Shown: one piece after another, positions 18,559-26,838 of the stretch
Numbering within the stretch: the stretch's first letter is position 1
How the letters are laid out: every line of letters begins with the position of its first letter
Source: an uncultured Atopobiaceae bacterium
GTDB taxonomy: Bacteria > Actinomycetota > Coriobacteriia > Coriobacteriales > Atopobiaceae
Direction: 5' to 3'
Length of the DNA stretch: 64,000 nt
Assembly (NCBI GenBank): GCA_947625405.1
Contig: CANQOF010000011.1
Location: forward strand, 6,926-70,925
Notes under the pieces: model-generated
Told to the model about the DNA's origin: nothing
Database searches by the model: none
Seen by the model: only the letters and a program-made list of their open reading frames with translations
Made by a program: the position numbers and the translations under genes

Positions 18559-20787
18559 CTACGAAGCGCGGAGGGTGGCGTAGAAGGCTACGTCCTCTTG
18601 CCGCCAGCCGAGGGTGGGGAGCACGGCGTACTCGTGGGGGTCGGCGGTCCAGTGGTGGGTGCCGGTAGTCTCGTAGGGGTTGAAGAGCTGGTAGACGGGC
18701 GTGGCGCTCGCACTCTCGCCGAAGAAGAGGGCCTCGCCCCCGTTGTCTGCGATCCAGCCGAGAGCCGTGAGGCTCTCCACCTCGGCTTTCTTCGTGGTGT
18801 AGTAGTGGTCGTAGTTGTAGGGGTTGTAGAGGCGGTAGACGTCCACGGGCCCCTCGACGGGCGCGTAGAAGGCGGTCCCCTCCTCCTCCCAGCCGCGGTT
18901 CACGTTCGCGCGGACCTCGGCCTGGTCGGTCGTGAGGAGGTGCTGGCCGTTGTAGGGGTTGTAGATCCTGAAGACGGTGACGCTGTCCTCGGGCGCGGCC
19001 ACGGAGCCGCCCTCGAAGACGGCCGTGTACACGGGCGCCGTCTCGCCCTCGGCGAGGACGACGGAGTACGGGCTCTGCGTGCTCACGATCGTGCCGTACT
19101 GGTTCTGCCAGCCGCGGAAGGTGGAGCCGTAGGGCTCAGTGACGGCAATGAGCGAGTATGTCTTCACGCCGTCCGCCGCCACGGCGATGCGCTGCGAGAC
19201 GCTGCCGAGGCCGTTGACGTTCACGGGGAGCGGATGCACGAGCGTGCTCGGGGCGCCGGGCGCGCCGGCGTCCGCCGCGGCGGAGGTGGGCCAGTAGGTG
19301 TAGGGCGCCTCGCCGCTCGCCGCCTCGGCCACGACCTCGATCTTCGAGTTCAGATAGCTCGTCTCGAGCGTGGAGGAGAAGTGCCCGGTGGAGACGTCGA
19401 TCGTCCCGCTCGCCGCGGGCGCGCTCGGCAGGGCAGCCTGGTACTGGCCGGATTGGTAGGCGATTGCGGGGATGCCCTCGGCGGCCACGAAGGTGCCGCC
19501 CGTGATGGCGCAGCTGCCCGCGCTCGCCGACGGCTGCGCGTAGCCCCGTTGCGCGCTCACGACCACCGCCGCCGGCACGTAGGCGATCTCCGCGCTCGAG
19601 CCCTCGGCCGTGGCGTCGCCCACGTTCACGGGCGCGCTCGAGGTGGCGGTGATGCCGCCGTTCGAGATGGCGAGCGTGGTGCCGAGCGAGACGATGCCCG
19701 CGCCGCCCGTGACGCTTCCGCCGGAGATGGTGCACTGGCTCGCCACGGACGCGCCCTCGGCGCTCGTGAGGCACATGCCGGCGCCCGCCGTGCCGCCCGC
19801 CACGGAGCCGCCCGTCATGGTGATCTCGATCACGCCGTCCGCACCGCCGAAGGTGGCGATGCCCGCGCTCGGGCCAAAGACTGAGCCGCCCTTGAGGAGC
19901 GCGATGTCCGCGCCGCCCGAGAGCGCGAGGCCATAGCCCGCCGCCTGCGCCGCCGGCACGCCGACGGTGCCCGCGTTCATCGTGATCGCGGCCTCGCCGT
20001 AGAGGCTGATCGCCGCGGAGCACTCCCCCGTTGCCGTCGCAACGCCCGTGAGGGCGCCCGCCGTGCCTCCGCCGGTGATGGTGCCGCCATCGAGCGTGAG
20101 CTCGCCGTAGCCGTCCATTCCGTAGGCGCTGCCGGCACGCGCGCCCTGCCCGAGGCAGATCGCGGAGCGCCCGCTCGTGGCGCTCACGTTGCCGGCTTTG
20201 AGCGCGAGCGCGGACACGCTCTCGTCCTCGTACATCACGCCGGGCACGAGGATCGCGTTGCCGTTCGCGGGCGCCGTGACGCTCGGGCCGTCGAGCGTGA
20301 GCGTGGGAGCGTGCTCCTCGCGCCCCGGCTCCTCCATGCCGAGCACGATCGTCGCCGGCACGGGGGTGCCCGGCGCGCCCGCGGAGGCGTTCGCGCTCGA
20401 GACGGTGCCCGCGCCCTTGAGCGTGAGGCTTCCCGAGGAGACCACGATCGCCGAGCGGCCCGATGAGGCCGTGAGGTTCTTGCCCGCGAGGTCGAGCGTG
20501 AGCGCGCCCTCGCCAAGCTTGAAGTCGAGCGCGGAGCTCGTGAGCACAATGTCGTCCGTGAGCGTGACGACGGCGCCGTCCTCGCTCGCGGTGGCCTTGT
20601 CGCCGAGCAAGCTCACGAGGCTCGCGGCGTCCGTGACCTCACCGCCCGCGACGTCGGTCGTCATGGGCGAGGCCTCGCGCGCCACGGCCGGGCGCGCCAC
20701 GAAGATCGCGAGAAGGGTGGCAAACACAGCAAACACGGCGAACACGCTGAGCGCGCTCGCCGCGAGATTCCAGGTAGTGCGTTTCAT
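18559..20787 (-). CDS. secreted Ala/Gly/Ser/Thr-rich surface protein B with three C-terminal YNPY...GW repeats
   Basis: Signal peptide MKRTTWNLAASALSVFAVFAVFATLLAIFVARPAVA. The body is G/A/S/T-rich and repetitive. The C-terminal triple repeat is IYNPYNGQHLLTT...GW. GGAGGAG lies upstream of the ATG at 20787. Confidence 0.8.
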   Translation of the reverse strand: MKRTTWNLAASALSVFAVFAVFATLLAIFVARPAVAREASPMTTDVAGGEVTDAASLVSLLGDKATASEDGAVVTLTDDIVLTSSALDFKLGEGALTLDLAGKNLTASSGRSAIVVSSGSLTLKGAGTVSSANASAGAPGTPVPATIVLGMEEPGREEHAPTLTLDGPSVTAPANGNAILVPGVMYEDESVSALALKAGNVSATSGRSAICLGQGARAGSAYGMDGYGELTLDGGTITGGGTAGALTGVATATGECSAAISLYGEAAITMNAGTVGVPAAQAAGYGLALSGGADIALLKGGSVFGPSAGIATFGGADGVIEITMTGGSVAGGTAGAGMCLTSAEGASVASQCTISGGSVTGGAGIVSLGTTLAISNGGITATSSAPVNVGDATAEGSSAEIAYVPAAVVVSAQRGYAQPSASAGSCAITGGTFVAAEGIPAIAYQSGQYQAALPSAPAASGTIDVSTGHFSSTLETSYLNSKIEVVAEAASGEAPYTYWPTSAAADAGAPGAPSTLVHPLPVNVNGLGSVSQRIAVAADGVKTYSLIAVTEPYGSTFRGWQNQYGTIVSTQSPYSVVLAEGETAPVYTAVFEGGSVAAPEDSVTVFRIYNPYNGQHLLTTDQAEVRANVNRGWEEEGTAFYAPVEGPVDVYRLYNPYNYDHYYTTKKAEVESLTALGWIADNGGEALFFGESASATPVYQLFNPYETTGTHHWTADPHEYAVLPTLGWRQEDVAFYATLRAS

Positions 20788-20879
20788 GAGCGGGGTCCTC
20801 TCCTCCAGCACGCACATAAAGGAAGGGCCTCGCTGAGCGCACGCTCAACGAGACCCTTCTCGCTAGGTTGAGTCCTCGC

Positions 20880-21105
20880 ATTCAGAGGACCGGAACCCGA
20901 ACTCATACCCTAGGGTCGAGCGTGCATAGGCCCTAGGAGGCGGGGGTCCGTCGACCCCCGCCTTGAACGTTCTCCGCCCGGGCGTAGCTGGCTGCTAGGG
21001 AAGCGAAGCGCCGAGCGGTCGATCGACGGGGATAGAGCAAAGGGTGGCGGGGGCTCGGGAGAGAGTTCCCAAGCTTTCCGGGCCCCCGCCTTGGGGACGC
21101 TAGCG
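20880..21105 (-). repeat. conserved 3' region of surface-protein genes, copy C
   Basis: Homologous to 14100-14420 with the same two GC-rich hairpins. Confidence 0.6.
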
Positions 21106-21110
21106 AGCCC

Positions 21111-24100
21111 TTAGAGGTTCGTTCCGGGGTAGGAGGCGAACCACTTCGGACCCTCGTTCTTCCAACCCACGGACGGGTTGATGAGCGAGGCGACCTCGAC
21201 GGTGTTGGTGGTCCAGAGGTGCGTACCAGAGGTCACGTACGGGTTGAAGAGCTGGAACACCGGATAGAGCGAGCTCTCGGTGTCGCCGTAGAAGACGGGC
21301 GTCTGAGTGCCGTCGGCGTTCACGAAGTCCTTCTCCCAGCCGAGGGTGACGAGGCTATTCACCTCGGCCTCATCGGTGGTGTAGTAGTGATCGTGGTTGT
21401 ACGGGTTGTAGAGACGATAGACAGCCTGGCCGTCGGCGGGAGCGAACCACGCGATGTCCTCGGGGAGCCAACCGGCGGTGAGGAGCGCGAGAGATTCATT
21501 TTGCACGGTGGTGAGCACGTGTTCGCCGTCGTACGGGTTGTAGTAACGGATGACCGCGATGTCCGCATCAGCGGCAACGCCATCGATGTTGAGAACACCT
21601 TGGAGAGTCGTGCCGTCTGTCGCGCTTAGACCATTGAGATTGAGCTTCACATTTACCTGATAGGCGCCCTGTGAAGCGTTTCCACCAGTCATAACGGGGA
21701 TGTCAAGCGTGTAGGTTCCCTCGGCTTCGCCGGCGGTAAGGCTCGGCTCGCCGAGCTGCACACCGTTCATTTCGCCATTGTCGGTGCCGGTACCGTAATT
21801 AATGGAATCATCACTGATGATGCTCTTACCATGATTCTGAATTTGAACCACGGAGGGATCGATTACGATCGCGGGCTCCTGAGTCTGAACGCCTGCAGGA
21901 GAAGGATTGATGTTGATTTTTAGCGTAGCGGTGTAGCTCCCACTCTCACCCGCCATGATGGAGATCGGGGAATTCCCAAGCACCAGATTCTTATTAACGA
22001 GCTCGAACTTTCCGTATAGCGCGTAATTGATAGTGTTTTGCGTGACCGGAGCTACCTCAGTTAGCGGTTCGGGGCCGTAGATATCTTGCCCGTCCTTGTT
22101 GAAGCTATGGGTGTACCAACCAAGCACGTAGGAGTTGTTATCCGCAACGATCGGCAGGTCGGTAACTTCAACAGATTCGACAGACTCGCTGCTCGGATCA
22201 GGAACGTTGTAGACCATGTTGCCAGTGCCAGGCTCAGTAAAGTAGATGCCCTGTGAGCCACCCTTGTTCCCGAAGTCGAGTACCACCGCATCCTTGTTAG
22301 TAGGATCGGGAGCAGGCTGGGAAACAGGATTGCTGGTTTGGCTGTTGAAAACCACCTGATAGGAAACGGGGATATTGGTTGCGCCCACAGTTGCCTTGTC
22401 GTAGAGTGCATCGACCACAGCGCTGCTCGAAAGATCAGCAACGGTCGTGGAAGCCTTCGTAGCAAGGCTTACTGAAGGCTCGGCGCCAGTGAGATTACCC
22501 GTCACCCAAACGCCATTTCTCAGAGTGGAAAGCGTTTGCTTGTTTGCGACAGCGCCAGCCGGCTGAGTCGCGATGCTCGAGCTTGGATCAGCAACCGTAC
22601 CCGCGTTCACACCCTTGGCAAGCGGATACGAGATGTTGTTGCTGAAGGCACCGGGGATAATGGTTACATCGTAGACATAGCCATCAGAGGCACTGCTCAC
22701 AGAGCCGATGTTCGCGACCATGTAGCCGTCAGGCATATTGAGGTGGTCTGCAGAGCCGTAAGAATTAGAAGCAGGAGTAATGCCGAGCTCCCAAGAAGTC
22801 ACCTTGGCAGGTTCAATCGTGAGGCTATTCCCTTGAGGCGTTACCGTAGCGCCCGTGCCCTTTTCATCGCCATCCATTCCAGCAAAACCATAGATCCTGG
22901 TTTCAAGTGCCGCCGGAGGAACGGCGTCAGGACCGGGCTCTTCATCAGGATCGGGAGCAGGCTTGTCCATGCCACCACCGGCATAGGCAACCCACTGATA
23001 ATTCTGGATCTCACTGGTACTCGGGACTGATTTTACAGTAATAGAATCACCTGCAACGGCAGGAGTGGCAGCAAGCGTGGAGATGTCACCCGCTTGGACG
23101 TTTACGGTTGGGCCATCGCTATTCGCAAGCGTGTTGGAAACCGTAAGAGTGCCACTGATGCCGCTTTGGGGAGTGTTTTCCACACCATCGAGGTAGGACG
23201 GGGTTACACCACCAGTGGCAGTGAGTTCGCCACCAGTAACTGTGACGTTCCCATCAATGCCAATACCAGCGCTCGAGGTTGCCGTCACGGAGCCATTGGC
23301 AAGAGTCGGATTGCCCTTGATGGCGGTCCCAGCAGAGGTAACCGTGAGGGTTCCCGCACTTGTAGCGCTTCCCACAGTCACGGTCCCCGCAGTCAGACCC
23401 ACTGTTTCAACACCAGAAGCGTTGCCGGTGGTAATGGTGGCGGAACCGTTAAGGGTGAGGGGACCTTCACCCAGATTCACATTGTCGGAGGCCTGACCAG
23501 TCGTCGAAGCGTTGAGGCTGCACCCCTTGGCAACGGTCATAGTCAGACTCGTAGCAGTGATGCATGGACCGTTTGTATTGCTCACGGTGAGGGACGGGGT
23601 GTTGGGATAGGTTGCCCCAGTTTCACTTGTTGGATCCGTAACGGCAGAATTGGCGCCCACATTGAGCGTAGAGGTCCCCATGGCCATAGCAGGGGTAGCC
23701 GCCACGTCTGTAGTTGCGGAGAGGGTGCCCGAACCCGTGAGGGAAACGCTCACACTAGACGCGTTATTTGCAACAGAGAAAACCGTCCCGTTGTTTGAAG
23801 ACGTGAACGAGTTACTACCCACAAGGTTAATGGTGAACGTGTTCTCCCCACCATCCGACCCGAGCGTAAGAGGCGTGGCCGTTGCATTGCTGGGGACACT
23901 CGCCGTAATCCCATTGAGGGTAATCACGGAGCCGGTGGCGCCCGATTGAGGAGCGATCACGAGAGGCAGCGTCGGTGTACCAGTTATCTGAACGGTAATA
24001 TCCGTAATGCTACTTGAAGGCTTCACGGTAACCGCTGTACTACTTTCCTCAATAAGGTCAGAGACATCCGCATCCTTATTGCTTGTTTGGTAGATGCCAT

Positions 24101-24236
24101 AACCCTGCTTGGAGGTGACATCCATCTCACCTGCCGGGTCGGCTACCGCCGGCGTGGCGACTACCACGGCGGCGAAGAGGGCAAGCAGCGCTGCCAGCGC
24201 TCCCGCCCAGATCTTCTTCTTAGGACTGTGGCTCAT
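21111..24236 (-). CDS. large secreted surface protein C, paralog of A, with three C-terminal YNPY...GW repeats
   Basis: The signal peptide MSHSPKKKIWAGALAALLALFAAVVVATPAVA|DP, a T/S/N/G-rich body, and a C-terminal module about 70% identical to that of A. AAGGAG lies upstream of the ATG at 24236. The track start at 24623 adds an Arg-rich non-protein-like extension. Confidence 0.8.
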   Translation of the reverse strand: MSHSPKKKIWAGALAALLALFAAVVVATPAVADPAGEMDVTSKQGYGIYQTSNKDADVSDLIEESSTAVTVKPSSSITDITVQITGTPTLPLVIAPQSGATGSVITLNGITASVPSNATATPLTLGSDGGENTFTINLVGSNSFTSSNNGTVFSVANNASSVSVSLTGSGTLSATTDVAATPAMAMGTSTLNVGANSAVTDPTSETGATYPNTPSLTVSNTNGPCITATSLTMTVAKGCSLNASTTGQASDNVNLGEGPLTLNGSATITTGNASGVETVGLTAGTVTVGSATSAGTLTVTSAGTAIKGNPTLANGSVTATSSAGIGIDGNVTVTGGELTATGGVTPSYLDGVENTPQSGISGTLTVSNTLANSDGPTVNVQAGDISTLAATPAVAGDSITVKSVPSTSEIQNYQWVAYAGGGMDKPAPDPDEEPGPDAVPPAALETRIYGFAGMDGDEKGTGATVTPQGNSLTIEPAKVTSWELGITPASNSYGSADHLNMPDGYMVANIGSVSSASDGYVYDVTIIPGAFSNNISYPLAKGVNAGTVADPSSSIATQPAGAVANKQTLSTLRNGVWVTGNLTGAEPSVSLATKASTTVADLSSSAVVDALYDKATVGATNIPVSYQVVFNSQTSNPVSQPAPDPTNKDAVVLDFGNKGGSQGIYFTEPGTGNMVYNVPDPSSESVESVEVTDLPIVADNNSYVLGWYTHSFNKDGQDIYGPEPLTEVAPVTQNTINYALYGKFELVNKNLVLGNSPISIMAGESGSYTATLKININPSPAGVQTQEPAIVIDPSVVQIQNHGKSIISDDSINYGTGTDNGEMNGVQLGEPSLTAGEAEGTYTLDIPVMTGGNASQGAYQVNVKLNLNGLSATDGTTLQGVLNIDGVAADADIAVIRYYNPYDGEHVLTTVQNESLALLTAGWLPEDIAWFAPADGQAVYRLYNPYNHDHYYTTDEAEVNSLVTLGWEKDFVNADGTQTPVFYGDTESSLYPVFQLFNPYVTSGTHLWTTNTVEVASLINPSVGWKNEGPKWFASYPGTNL

Positions 24237-24661
24237 ACACAGTCTCCTTTCCTTGGTTCCTTTGACACCCCCACCTAGCGAAAGGGGCGCTATTTCCTGA
24301 GAGACGGTTCCTTGGGGATGCGCTCCCCTGAACTGCGCGGCCCTGCCGCGCGCCTCACGCAAAGGGGCGTCCCCTCTGCCGGATGCGCGCGCTGCGGGCT
24401 CCTCCCACTCCTGGCCCGCGGGCTTGATGCGCGACGACCTCGCTCCGCGCGCTTCCTTGGGAATGGCGAGCGCGCGGCTGTGCACACGAAAACGCGCCCT
24501 CGAGCGAGCGGAGTTGGGCGCGCGTGAACGCGCACGCGGAATCGCTCGCGAGAACGCCGGAAACTGCCGAGTGGGATACGAATTGAGGGTGCTGCTCGAG
24601 GCTCTCTCGCCTCGACACGACAAAACAGACTAGGGGCCTCTCGCCTTCTAGCCTATGACGA

Positions 24662-24670
24662 CCCCCCCCC
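24662..24670 (-). promoter_or_regulatory. G9 homopolymer (C9 on the + strand) in the conserved upstream box of gene C
   Basis: Nine C at 24662-24670, about 430 nt upstream of the ATG at 24236. Confidence 0.85.
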
Positions 24671-24953
24671 GCGCTAGCCCGCGGGAAGAGAGCGGTTTAG
24701 ATGCCCTAGCAAGCACCATGCCGCGTAAGAGTCCCTCCTAGCAAAGGTCTCCTTCGAAGCGGGAGCTTAAGCCAACCCCGCCGCGCGGTCAAATCTCCCC
24801 CGCCGAACGCGCGGCTTTTGACACGGATTCGTTACGTCGCGCGGCGGCGGGGGGCGCCACTTAGGATGGATAGCCGGCGAATGCCGAATGGTTCATCTCC
24901 CCAGGGAGCTGTGCTGCGTGGAGGAAACGTGCTTTGGCGAATGAGCGATGACG

Positions 24954-25092
24954 GCGCGCTATACTGGAACGCGGAAAACGGCAAGGCCCGCGTGTGGTTA
25001 AAAAGGGAGCGGGCGGCGCGGTTTCGTGAGGGAGACGGAGTTCCTACCTCCGTCTCCTCTTTTGTGCCCTGCGTCTCCGCACGGAGCGTTTC
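24954..25092 (+). repeat. 137-bp direct repeat, left copy (DR-L), flanking the low-GC island
   Basis: Aligns with 28692-28828 at roughly 88% identity by eye. It contains TATACT (24960-24965), the hairpin GGAGACGGAG/CTCCGTCTCC (25031-25057) followed by TCTTTTG, and a relic of the C-terminal codons KRSVRRRRAQKRRRR* on the minus strand. Confidence 0.85.
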
Positions 25093-25099
25093 ATACCAG

Positions 25100-25132
25100 C
25101 CATCTGGCTCTGCGCGGCGCAGAGCCAGATGG
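25100..25132. promoter_or_regulatory. perfect 16-bp-arm palindrome at the inner edge of DR-L
   Basis: CCATCTGGCTCTGCGC-G-GCGCAGAGCCAGATGG, followed within 20 nt by CTCTTTTTG. It could be a terminator, an operator or a recombination site. Confidence 0.6.
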
Positions 25133-25237
25133 TCTAGGCCTTGCCGCTCTTTTTGTGAGCTTTTGCATGTGAGAGTTTGGATCTCGTGGGCGCACTATCA
25201 TCACTCACATAAGCTCGCACCATTGAAATGCATCGCC

Positions 25238-26779
25238 ATGGACGTCATCAAACGCATTCTCCATAAGCTTGATGAGCTTAAACACGTCTCTGACCTCGCC
25301 GCGTATTGCTATCTCGAGGTCACACGTACCGTGCATGATGAAACTTCTTTTCTCGGCGGGTACTGGATGTCGGGAACTCACGTCTCTAATCCGAACCTAC
25401 CCAATCTCAAGCGCCTCGGCTACGACATATCTCGATGCGTTAAGCCCATGGACTTCTATGAGAGGGGTCGGGTGCGCCGTTTACTCGAAGAGTTCGAGGA
25501 AACGGGTATCAAGCCCTACCGAGTCCCCGGGCTTCAAGATCCGGACTACAACGAAGCGACCATTCCATGGGCTGTTCTTTGGGGGCTCAGCGAGGGAATT
25601 GCAAGTCGTCCGGAATATGGCGAGCTACACCGCATTCAACCCCTCAACGAATACGGCAAAGAGAAGGTGGGGGTTTATCTCGCCCCGCACGATTCCTTCA
25701 TCTGCGACATCCTTCGGGAGCGCAAGGTCCAACGAGTGCCAGATGGCCGTCTCAACGAGATGCTTCGCGGACTTGCGCTCTATCCCCGAAGCGAACTCAA
25801 GACCATCGAATACCCCAAGATCAAGACCATCGCGAACATGGAGAATCCTGGAAGAGAGCCGATCCTCAAGATCGGCCTTTGCCAGCTCACCGCCGCACCG
25901 ATCTTCACGTTCGATGGTGAAGACGAAAGCGCCTTCATGGATTTTCGCCACATCGGTGGCGGACTCTTTGATGTGCACTATGGGAGAGACTTCGAACAGC
26001 ATGCGTACCTGAACGTCGTCTCGCCACTCATCGACGCGATCGAGGCGGGCTGCGAAATCGTCGTCTATCCAGAACTTGCGATGTCCCCTCAGCTGCTCGA
26101 GGCGGTGAAGGCGTTCCTTTCGAACCCCGAACACGACAAGAAGGCCCTCAAGCTTGTGGTGGCGGGGAGCGGACGCCCGGGCAATGAACGCGACAACGTG
26201 TGCACCTTGCTCAAATGCGACGGCGAGGTGCTGGGTACGTGCCACAAGTTCAGCAAGTTCATCGATTTGGGGGATCCTCCCCTTGTGGAGCAGCTTGATC
26301 ATCCTGGCGCCACCAACACATTGGTAGACATCGCGGGCGTCGGGCGTGTGCTCGTGGGCATCTGCAAGGATCTCGCCTCAGACGGCGAACGAGTGACCCT
26401 CGAGATCGCCCACGCACTCAAGCCGCAAGTGGTATGCGTACCCGCCTTGAGCCAGTCCGTCGACAAGGCATTCTCAATCGCGCTTCACGAACTCACGGTT
26501 CGCAAGCACGCAATCGGTTGCGTCTGCAACCTCTGCGCCGCTCGCAAACAATACGGGCAGAGTGAGGTAGGCGTGAGCTGCGTTGCCTCGTTTGAATTTT
26601 GCGGCGCTCGTGGGAAGGCCTTGGACTGCCAGATCCACTCGATCACACGCCCAAAAGGCGCACAGGCCGAATGCGCGCAACGATTGGGAGGCTGCATGAG
26701 GGTGGTTTCACTTGATTTCAACGGACCGCTGGGGCCGCGAATCCTCAGCAATCCCTGTCCCGCGCGTATCCAAAACTAA
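25238..26779 (+). CDS. fusion protein: unknown N-terminal domain (about 205 aa) plus carbon-nitrogen hydrolase (nitrilase superfamily)-like domain
   Basis: The C-terminal roughly 300 aa follow the C-N hydrolase pattern. The blocks are KIGLCQL, EIVVYPE (E279), CHKFSKF (K337), VLVGICKDL (C376) and VVCVPA. G+C is visibly lower than in the flanks. The ATG at 25238 has no obvious SD, so the start is uncertain. Confidence 0.6.
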   Translation: MDVIKRILHKLDELKHVSDLAAYCYLEVTRTVHDETSFLGGYWMSGTHVSNPNLPNLKRLGYDISRCVKPMDFYERGRVRRLLEEFEETGIKPYRVPGLQDPDYNEATIPWAVLWGLSEGIASRPEYGELHRIQPLNEYGKEKVGVYLAPHDSFICDILRERKVQRVPDGRLNEMLRGLALYPRSELKTIEYPKIKTIANMENPGREPILKIGLCQLTAAPIFTFDGEDESAFMDFRHIGGGLFDVHYGRDFEQHAYLNVVSPLIDAIEAGCEIVVYPELAMSPQLLEAVKAFLSNPEHDKKALKLVVAGSGRPGNERDNVCTLLKCDGEVLGTCHKFSKFIDLGDPPLVEQLDHPGATNTLVDIAGVGRVLVGICKDLASDGERVTLEIAHALKPQVVCVPALSQSVDKAFSIALHELTVRKHAIGCVCNLCAARKQYGQSEVGVSCVASFEFCGARGKALDCQIHSITRPKGAQAECAQRLGGCMRVVSLDFNGPLGPRILSNPCPARIQN

Positions 26780-26838
26780 ACGATCACTTAACTTTGGGTA
26801 ATAATACCGCCATTACCCATTGAACCATGAGGTGAACG

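Noticed and set aside
14423-24236. Diversity-generating retroelement or invertase-driven switching of the surface-protein genes
   Set aside because: The window contains no reverse transcriptase, template repeat, site-specific recombinase or inverted repeats flanking the promoters. Only the homopolymer tracts suggest variation.
24818-25237. N-terminal 140-aa extension of the hydrolase ORF as given in the track (TTG start at 24818)
   Set aside because: The extension runs through DR-L, its terminator-like hairpin and the 33-nt palindrome. It is Arg-rich and high-G+C, unlike the rest of the gene, so I moved the start to the first in-island ATG at 25238.
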